Of a stretch of DNA of 11,313 nucleotides, positions 1-5,528 are shown one piece after another. The stretch lies in IMG/VR virus record IMGVR_UViG_3300045988_146916; one strand, written 5' to 3'. A model generated the notes under the pieces. The model had not been told where the DNA came from. It saw nothing but the letters and a program-made list of their open reading frames with translations, and searched no databases. The position numbers and the translations under genes are program-made. Within the stretch, counting starts at the first letter, position 1, and every line of letters begins with the position of its first letter. The stretch comes from a virus.

Positions 1-44
1 GGATACCCCCTCTATAGAACATACGTTCGGAATCCTTTCCCACT

Positions 45-132
45 TTAACGTGGTAAAGTGTTAACGTGTTAACGTGCTAACGCATTAACGCATTAACGCA
101 TTAACGCTTTAATGCGCTAACGTGATAAAGCA
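45..132. repeat. Tandem array of 11 octamers, consensus YTAACGYR, inside the ITR
   Basis: Contiguous 8-bp units from position 45: TTAACGTG GTAAAGTG TTAACGTG TTAACGTG CTAACGCA TTAACGCA TTAACGCA TTAACGCT TTAATGCG CTAACGTG ATAAAGCA. The mirrored copy lies at 11182-11269. Confidence 0.85.
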
Positions 133-194
133 AGCGGACGGATATTTTTACAAAGGGCAAACCCGAAGAATGAAGTTCGAAGTGCAATATCAAT

Positions 195-212
195 ATGTTT
201 CACGTGAAACAT
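195..212. repeat. Perfect 18-bp palindrome ATGTTTCACGTGAAACAT in the ITR
   Basis: Self-complementary over all 18 nt. It shares GTTTC/GAAAC arms with the dispersed 16-bp palindrome family but has a 4-bp core instead of 6 bp. Mirrored at 11102-11119. Confidence 0.9.
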
Positions 213-220
213 TTGAAGAT

Positions 221-338
221 TCGAATTGTCAGACAACTTGCTTTATTGTCTGAATTGATTGAATAGTCTGAATTGTCTGATAAGTCATGTAAGATTCTGA
301 ATTGTCTAACAAGTCATGTAAGATTCTGAATTGTCTGA
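221..338. repeat. Iteron-like array: five copies of a 14-mer (TCTGAATTGTCTGA and variants)
   Basis: Copies start at 221 (TCGAATTGTCAGA), 249 (TCTGAATTGATTGA), 267, 296 and 325, with spacings of 28, 18, 29 and 29 bp. The last three belong to a 29-bp tandem repeat (267-295, 296-324, partial 325-341). Mirrored at 10976-11093. Confidence 0.85.
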
Positions 339-382
339 TAGTTTATGAAATAATCTTTCTAGTGCGAATATTTGAAAATGGG

Positions 383-416
383 TTGATTTATTGGTGGAAT
401 GGAGGTAAGATATAAT
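383..416 (+). promoter_or_regulatory. Sigma-70-like promoter at the inner edge of ITR-L, firing inward (rightward)
   Basis: TTGATT (383-388), a 17-bp spacer, then TAAGAT (406-411), which overlaps a perfect TATAAT (411-416). ITR identity ends 2 nt after the TATAAT, about where +1 would be. Confidence 0.5.
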
Positions 417-508
417 CATCAAAGGAAATACAAACAGCCGTCTAACTACTAATAGAAAAGGCGTAAAGCGTTTACAAGTATCGTTGAATAAACTTGAATA
501 AAATAACA

Positions 509-524
509 GTTTCGACATTGAAAC
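509..524 (+). promoter_or_regulatory. Copy 1 of the 16-bp palindrome family (GTTTCGACATTGAAAC, one mismatch)
   Basis: Lies 14 nt upstream of the ATG at 539, with the SD GGAG (531-534) in between. Confidence 0.6.
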
Positions 525-538
525 AGAATAGGAGAAAT

Positions 539-580
539 ATGTTTGAATTAATCAAAGAGTTAGAAAATTATTTAAAATAA
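539..580 (+). CDS. 13-codon micro-ORF (MFELIKELENYLK), a possible leader peptide
   Basis: ATG is preceded by AGGAGA at the same 4-nt SD spacing as the portal gene, and by the same palindrome-SD-ATG layout. It is too short to support on coding statistics. Confidence 0.25.
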   Translation: MFELIKELENYLK

Positions 581-627
581 ATCATGGCTGACCTATCGGC
601 AATACGGGGAGAAAGAAGAGGTGCAAT

Positions 628-930
628 ATGGCATTAAACAAAGAACAGGCAAAGAAGATTCTCGAGGGGGGAATACCATTCGAGGGCGACAAAATCGAAC
701 TAAAAGAAAATGATGTATTTGTCATTAAAGAATATTATCCAATTCATGATTATTTCGCTCTTAGAATCAATGAAGCAGGCGACTTTATTTTCTCAAGTAA
801 TTCACTGACCAGATTAATAAAAGAATTTGGAACTGACGTTATTGGAACTTCCTTGAGATATACAGGACAGACAACTTTCAAAGGAACTGACGGAAAATCA
901 CGCAGAGTTAATAACTATGAAATAGCTTAA
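628..930 (+). CDS. Hypothetical early protein, 100 aa (function unknown; possibly a replication accessory or DNA-binding protein)
   Basis: ATG at 628 with SD AGAGG (617-621) at 6-nt spacing. It is the first substantial ORF downstream of the ITR promoter. I recognise no motif. Confidence 0.7.
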   Translation: MALNKEQAKKILEGGIPFEGDKIELKENDVFVIKEYYPIHDYFALRINEAGDFIFSSNSLTRLIKEFGTDVIGTSLRYTGQTTFKGTDGKSRRVNNYEIA

Positions 931-957
931 GGCAGGTTTCCATAAAATTCTAAAATA

Positions 958-996
958 GGCGTATTGGTTTAAGGCGGTTCGATTCCGCCAAACGCC
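958..996 (+). other. tRNA-like acceptor-stem/T-arm minihelix (possible RNA processing signal or atypical terminator)
   Basis: The 5' strand GGCGTAT (958-964) pairs with AAACGCC (990-996) at 6 of 7 positions. An 8-nt linker follows, then a T-arm GGCGG-TTCGATT-CCGCC (973-989) with canonical G53, T54, T55, C56, R57, A58 and C61 equivalents. The 3' acceptor strand abuts the T stem as in real tRNAs. TTT follows at 997-999. Confidence 0.4.
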
Positions 997-1012
997 TTTA
1001 AGGAGCGATAGA

Positions 1013-1594
1013 ATGAGAAAAAAGAAAAAATCTGGACTAACCAGAAAACAGAAAGATTTTGCAAGACGGCAAATTATAAAAGTAAATAAGCGACTTAAAG
1101 AAATGCGTAAACATTATAAACACGGAAACAAAGCGTTAGACTTTGCAGACTTATCCATTAAAAAAACAGGCGGAAAAAATGAATTTAAGCTTAAAAAAGG
1201 AGCTAGCAAATCTGATTATAATAAAATTATTAGAGCCACTCAAAAATTAATCAGTTCGCCATATTCAACCGAAACAGGCAGAAAAAAGGTAACTGAAAAA
1301 GCATTCAGAACATATGCGGAAAATCGAGGTCTTAACTATGACGAACTTAGAGAAAGTTTTGAAAAAATGGAAAATATACTTTCTTCAAATATTTTCGCTA
1401 AGCTCATGGAACAGTACGAACATGATTCCGATTCAGTCATGGAAACTATTCTAAATATGACAGAAACAGAAATGAAGTCAAGTGATATTATAAAATTAAT
1501 GAATGACTTTAATAAGACTAATAAGGACGTGAGCTTGCGCAATTATGTTGATGAATTTTTGGAAAACGAGGGGAAAAGATTTACAAGATATTGA
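1013..1594 (+). CDS. Candidate terminal (priming) protein, 193 aa
   Basis: SD AAGGAG (1000-1005) sits 7 nt before the ATG. The N-terminus is very basic (MRKKKKSGLTRKQKDFARRQIIKVNKRLKEMRKHYKH). The ORF lies immediately upstream of, and overlaps, the protein-primed polymerase gene, which is the conserved TP-then-pol order of phi29, Cp-1 and PRD1. The function is inferred from position only. Confidence 0.55.
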   Translation: MRKKKKSGLTRKQKDFARRQIIKVNKRLKEMRKHYKHGNKALDFADLSIKKTGGKNEFKLKKGASKSDYNKIIRATQKLISSPYSTETGRKKVTEKAFRTYAENRGLNYDELRESFEKMENILSSNIFAKLMEQYEHDSDSVMETILNMTETEMKSSDIIKLMNDFNKTNKDVSLRNYVDEFLENEGKRFTRY

Positions 1595-3668
1595 CTTTTC
1601 AATTAAAAGCACCAGACATAAAAAAGACATTGAATACTTTTGTAATGATATTTTTTGTTTCGACATCGAAACAAGTAACGGGTTTTTAAATAAAAATACA
1701 GGAATTGTAGAAGAATTTTCACATGAAACTTATAACAAAAATCCTAAATATTACAACGACTTTGAAAAAATATCTTTACCTTATCTATGGGGTTTTTCAA
1801 TAAATGATAATGTTTATGTCGGAAGAGAATTGAAATATGTCTTAGACTTAATGGATGAAATAGAAAAAAAAGTACCAGAATTAAAATTTATATATGTTCA
1901 CAATTTACCATTTGAATTTATGCACTTGCTCAATATTTTAATTCCGCAAGATGTTTTTGCAAGAGAAAAGAGAAAAGTTATCACATTTTCTTATAAGTCT
2001 TGGAAGTTTCGTTGTAGTTTAAAACTTGTAAATCTATCTCTTGATTCTTGGGCAATCAATAAAAATTTACCGGTAAAAAAACTAAAGGAGAATATGTCTT
2101 ACTTGGAACTAAGAACCCCTAGAACTGAATTACCGAAAGAGATTTATGACTATCAGACAAATGACGTGTTAGTGATGTATTATGGTTTACTGGAATATCG
2201 TGATAGATATAAGGACGTTTATCATATCCCCTTGACCCAGACAGGCGAGACTAGAATCGAATGCAGAAAAATTATGCGAAAAGAAACCGCTTACCGTAAC
2301 AAGTGTATATCATTAATTCCACGAACGCTTGACGATTTCGAAAAGTTAGTAAGGATTTTCGCAGGCGGTTACACGCACGCCAACCAGTTATATTCTTGCG
2401 AGATACTGGGAAATGTGAAAAGTAAGGATATAGCATCTAGTTATCCAACAGTCATGTTTCTGGAAAAATATCCTTTTTCCAGATTCGAAAAAACAAAACC
2501 GTTAGAAAAATATTTCGATAATGACAGATATTCATATATTATAAGAATCCGAGCCGATTACATAGAAAGTAAGTACTGGAATTCTTTCTTATCATCTAGT
2601 AAAGTAAACTCAATGAAAAAATGTAAATACGACAACGGTCGTATTATATCAGCTTACGATATTGACGTGACTTTGACAAATATTGACTATCATATTTTTC
2701 AAAAATGCTATGAAATAAAAAACGAGCAGATATTGAGTTTCGAAGTCAGCGTTAACCGTTACTTGAATGATTCACTTGTTAAATATATTCTTGAATTATA
2801 CAGAAATAAAACCGAACTAAAAAACATACCAGAAAAAAGGGATTTATATGCGCATATGAAACAGTTAATTAACGGTATGTTTGGAATGGCTGTAACAAAA
2901 GATATAACAGACGATATAGATTTCAATGAGTTAGTCGGATGGGAAACAGTATTACTCAATCCGACACGATTTAACGAAAAAATCGCAAAAATGAAAAAAG
3001 CACCAAGTAAAATCTTCACAACTTATCAATCGGGAGTGTGGGTTACTGCTTACGCTAGGCGTAATCTGTGGAGTGCGATAACCGCTCTTGATGATGATGT
3101 AGTCTATTGTGATACGGATTCCGTAAAATACATTGGAGAACATGAAGATTTTTTTGAAAATTACAACGCTAATATTTTAAAAAGAATCGAAGAAAGAGCT
3201 AATAATCTGGGATTAACGATTGACGATTATTCCCCTGCTGATAAGTTCGGGGAACGTCACACAATAGGATTTTTTGACACTGAAAAACCGTACGACCGAT
3301 TTATAACACTGGGTGCAAAAAAATACTTAGTCGAGCAGGAAGAATTCGACGAAACTTCTAAGACTTATAAGAAAAAACTTAAGTTAACGTTATCGGGCGT
3401 GAAAAAATCAGCGGTTAGTTCCATTAAAAAAATGGAAGATTTCAAAGACGGACTAACCTTTGATAGTAAAACATCTGGAAGATTGATTTCATATTATAAC
3501 GAAAATCAAACGCCTGTCACTTGGAAAAAAGGCGAATATGATGAATACTTTTCCGACTTTCAATATGGAATATGTCTCATGCCCTCGTCATATACTTTGG
3601 GGGTGACACCAGAATATTTAGAGTTAGTATTGGAAAATTCCAGACCAGTTACAGAAATTTTTAAATAA
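1545..3668 (+). CDS. Protein-primed family-B DNA polymerase, 707 aa
   Basis: Motifs are present in canonical order: ExoI FDIET, ExoII HNLPFEF, ExoIII YQTNDVLVM, motif A DIASSYPTVM, motif B KQLINGMFGM, motif C YCDTDS and KxY GAKKYL. The start is ATG 1545 or 1551, with no other in-frame ATG before ExoI. The SD is weak and the ORF overlaps the upstream ORF by 50 nt. Confidence 0.95.
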   Translation: MLMNFWKTRGKDLQDIDFSIKSTRHKKDIEYFCNDIFCFDIETSNGFLNKNTGIVEEFSHETYNKNPKYYNDFEKISLPYLWGFSINDNVYVGRELKYVLDLMDEIEKKVPELKFIYVHNLPFEFMHLLNILIPQDVFAREKRKVITFSYKSWKFRCSLKLVNLSLDSWAINKNLPVKKLKENMSYLELRTPRTELPKEIYDYQTNDVLVMYYGLLEYRDRYKDVYHIPLTQTGETRIECRKIMRKETAYRNKCISLIPRTLDDFEKLVRIFAGGYTHANQLYSCEILGNVKSKDIASSYPTVMFLEKYPFSRFEKTKPLEKYFDNDRYSYIIRIRADYIESKYWNSFLSSSKVNSMKKCKYDNGRIISAYDIDVTLTNIDYHIFQKCYEIKNEQILSFEVSVNRYLNDSLVKYILELYRNKTELKNIPEKRDLYAHMKQLINGMFGMAVTKDITDDIDFNELVGWETVLLNPTRFNEKIAKMKKAPSKIFTTYQSGVWVTAYARRNLWSAITALDDDVVYCDTDSVKYIGEHEDFFENYNANILKRIEERANNLGLTIDDYSPADKFGERHTIGFFDTEKPYDRFITLGAKKYLVEQEEFDETSKTYKKKLKLTLSGVKKSAVSSIKKMEDFKDGLTFDSKTSGRLISYYNENQTPVTWKKGEYDEYFSDFQYGICLMPSSYTLGVTPEYLELVLENSRPVTEIFK
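1657..1672 (+). promoter_or_regulatory. Copy 2 of the 16-bp palindrome (GTTTCGACATCGAAAC), inside the polymerase gene
   Basis: Perfect arms. It encodes the ExoI motif C-FDIET. Confidence 0.45.
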
Positions 3669-3671
3669 CTC

Positions 3672-3703
3672 TTGGCTTAATAAGTCAATTAGTGTATTAT
3701 AAT
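3672..3703 (+). promoter_or_regulatory. Candidate internal sigma-70-like promoter between the replication and morphogenesis modules
   Basis: TTGGCT (3672-3677), a 17-bp spacer, then TATTAT (3695-3700), which overlaps TATAAT (3698-3703). It lies in the 52-bp gap after the polymerase stop. Confidence 0.4.
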
Positions 3704-3720
3704 ATGTGGAGGATGACAAT

Positions 3721-3906
3721 ATGAATAAAGAAGAAAGAAAAAAATTAATCAATGCGAATTATGGACTGAACTATAACAAAAAATTAGAAAATAGTCACAT
3801 CGACTACAAACATTTAGAAAAAATCAATTTTCCAGAAAATGCAATTTACACGGATACCGATTCGATAATTGTAAATAGTTTCGACATCGAAACAGAAACG
3901 AGGTAA
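3721..3906 (+). CDS. Hypothetical 61-aa protein
   Basis: ATG 3721 is preceded by GGAGGA (3708-3713) at 7-nt spacing, so I prefer it to the GTG at 3706 in the ORF track. The C-terminus reads IYTDTDSIIVNSFDIETETR. Confidence 0.55.
   Translation: MNKEERKKLINANYGLNYNKKLENSHIDYKHLEKINFPENAIYTDTDSIIVNSFDIETETR
3878..3893 (+). promoter_or_regulatory. Copy 3 of the 16-bp palindrome (GTTTCGACATCGAAAC)
   Basis: Lies 15 nt upstream of the ATPase ATG (3909), with SD GAGG (3900-3903) in between. It also encodes SFDIET at the end of the 61-aa ORF. Confidence 0.6.
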
Positions 3907-3908
3907 CC

Positions 3909-4976
3909 ATGGAAAAATACTACTCATTAAAAGCAATTAAAAAATTAAATTGTGAGTACAATATCCTCTTAGGCGAAAGAGCGAATGGAAAAAGTTATTC
4001 AGTAAAAGACGATGTATTAAAGAATGCATGGCGGAATAAAGAAGAATTCATATATTTAAGGCGTTGGAAAGAGGACATTCGCAGGGTTTCAATAGTGAAC
4101 TACTTCGCTGATATGGACATAAAGAAATACACTCGGGGATGTTATGATTCAATCGAGGTTTACCAAGGTGGAATATATTTTGCAATTGAAGATCCGAACG
4201 GAAAGAAGAAAAGAGGACAGCGCATCGGCCATGCGATTCCGCTAACTGGGGAAACGCATTTCAAAAGCCAGTTATTTCCGAAAGTTACGACTGTTATTTA
4301 CGAGGAATTTATCACGGATTCGGGTTACTTAAGAAACGAACCCGATACTTTAATGTCACTTATTTCTACAATTTTCCGTAGACGTTCGGGAAGAGTGTTT
4401 CTCATCGGAAACACAATGTCGAGGGTATGTCCGTATTTCTCAGCATGGCAGTTGGAAAACGTACCACGCCAGAAAATAGGAACGATTGAAATTTATAAAT
4501 TCAATACAAAACGTCTTGACGAAAATAACGAACCGCTAATAATTAATATAGCTGTTGAATATTGCGAATCGACTGCATCATCATCAATGATTTTCGGCTC
4601 AACTTCCAGTATGGCAGTTGGCGGAGCATGGCAGACCGAAAATCAAAATACATTTACAGAACCGATAGAACATTTAAAAAAATTCTACAAGATTTTATTT
4701 GAACATGACACTTTTAAATTTTGTATTTTATTAGTCACTGGAAAAGATAAAATTCCTTTTTTAGCGGTTTATCCGTATACAAAAAAAGTAAATGTAAAAG
4801 ACTTTGACAGAATAATTTCAAATAAGCTTTACATGACCAGATTTTATAGCGAATGTCTGGGAGTAATTACTAAATATGACAACTTATTTTTACAGTTATT
4901 AAAACAGAATAAAATACAGTTTTCAGACAATCTAACTGGAACTGAATTTTATAGAATATTAAAAGAAAGGAGTTGA
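3909..4976 (+). CDS. DNA encapsidation (packaging) ATPase, phi29 gp16-like, 355 aa
   Basis: Walker A GERANGKS lies near the N-terminus and a Walker B-like VTTVIYEEF about 100 aa later. Its size is typical of podovirus gp16-type ATPases, and it is the only P-loop protein in the genome. Confidence 0.8.
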   Translation: MEKYYSLKAIKKLNCEYNILLGERANGKSYSVKDDVLKNAWRNKEEFIYLRRWKEDIRRVSIVNYFADMDIKKYTRGCYDSIEVYQGGIYFAIEDPNGKKKRGQRIGHAIPLTGETHFKSQLFPKVTTVIYEEFITDSGYLRNEPDTLMSLISTIFRRRSGRVFLIGNTMSRVCPYFSAWQLENVPRQKIGTIEIYKFNTKRLDENNEPLIINIAVEYCESTASSSMIFGSTSSMAVGGAWQTENQNTFTEPIEHLKKFYKILFEHDTFKFCILLVTGKDKIPFLAVYPYTKKVNVKDFDRIISNKLYMTRFYSECLGVITKYDNLFLQLLKQNKIQFSDNLTGTEFYRILKERS

Positions 4977-4980
4977 AAAC

Positions 4981-5187
4981 ATGGTTAGTATTGACGCATT
5001 AGCACCACAAAAAGAAAGTGAGGATAAAATCAAGGTAGTAAGTTCAGTGGAAGAAATAGCCGAAGACATTAAGAAAGACTTGCAATCAGAAAAGAAAGAA
5101 CCAGAAGACCCAGAAGAACCAGAAGAACCAGAAGACCCAGAAGAACCAGAAGAACCAGAAGAATTAGAAGAACCAGAAAAGGAGTGA
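4981..5187 (+). CDS. Highly acidic 68-aa protein with a PEEPE(D/E) repeat tail (scaffold-like or DNA mimic? function unknown)
   Basis: SD AAGGAG (4967-4972) sits 8 nt before the ATG. The C-terminal half is EPEDPEEPEEPEDPEEPEEPEELEEPEKE. Confidence 0.65.
   Translation: MVSIDALAPQKESEDKIKVVSSVEEIAEDIKKDLQSEKKEPEDPEEPEEPEDPEEPEEPEELEEPEKE
5101..5181 (+). repeat. Nine tandem 9-bp units (CCAGAAGAM) encoding the PEE/PED repeats
   Basis: Units in order: CCAGAAGAC, CCAGAAGAA x2, CCAGAAGAC, CCAGAAGAA x3, TTAGAAGAA, CCAGAAAAG. The first six units form a 27-bp higher-order repeat present twice. Confidence 0.9.
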
Positions 5188-5191
5188 CAAA

Positions 5192-5524
5192 ATGACTTTT
5201 TTATGTGCAGTAATTTTTATTTTAATTGATTTCATTACTGGAATGATAGGAGCTTTTCGCCAACACTGTTTCGATTCATCGAAAATGCGAGAGGGGTTGT
5301 TGAATAAACTTGGCGAATTGTGTGCATTGATTCTCGGATTTTGTACTGACAAGGCACTACCTTATTTAGACATCGGAACAAATATACCGGTATTCATGGC
5401 GATAGCTAGTTATATTTCATTAATGGAAATTTTCAGTACAATCGAAAATTTAGGAAGCATATCGCCTAAATTAGTACCTGAAGAATTAAAAAAATATTTC
5501 AAGAAAATAGAAAGCGAGGATTGA
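5192..5524 (+). CDS. Holin, 110 aa, three predicted TM segments (Phage_holin_4_1 / toxin-secretion holin-like)
   Basis: Three hydrophobic stretches: FLCAVIFILIDFITGMIGAF, LGELCALILGFCT and IPVFMAIASYISLMEIF. It has family-like motifs IDFITGM..A, SSK..EGL.NK and STIENLG, plus a charged C-terminus KKYFKKIESED. Confidence 0.75.
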   Translation: MTFLCAVIFILIDFITGMIGAFRQHCFDSSKMREGLLNKLGELCALILGFCTDKALPYLDIGTNIPVFMAIASYISLMEIFSTIENLGSISPKLVPEELKKYFKKIESED

Positions 5525-5528
5525 AAAC

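Larger units (their letters stand above)
1..418. repeat. Left inverted terminal repeat (ITR-L), 418 bp
   Basis: 1-418 is the exact reverse complement of 10896-11313, compared block by block. Identity stops right after TATAATCA (411-418). The repeat begins at base 1 of the window. Confidence 0.95.

Noticed and set aside
45-341. ITR repeat arrays as a CRISPR array
   Set aside because: The units are 8 bp or 29 bp and directly contiguous with no spacers. They are present in inverted duplicate at both termini, and there are no cas genes.
306-518. 70-aa minus-strand ORF spanning the ITR boundary
   Set aside because: It runs antisense through the iterons and promoter and has no SD. A copy of most of it would exist at the other end only as repeat sequence. 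In AT-rich DNA an ORF of this length arises by chance.
931-1000. A complete tRNA gene around the TTCGATT T-loop
   Set aside because: Only 8 nt separate the 5' acceptor strand from the T stem. No D arm or anticodon arm can be drawn, and no alternative 5' acceptor strand (GGCGTTT-like) lies about 65 nt upstream. I kept it only as a minihelix.
2737-2750. Possible seventh palindrome copy, GTTTCGAAGTCAGC, in the polymerase gene
   Set aside because: Only the left half-site matches. The right arm is not complementary, so it is consistent with chance.
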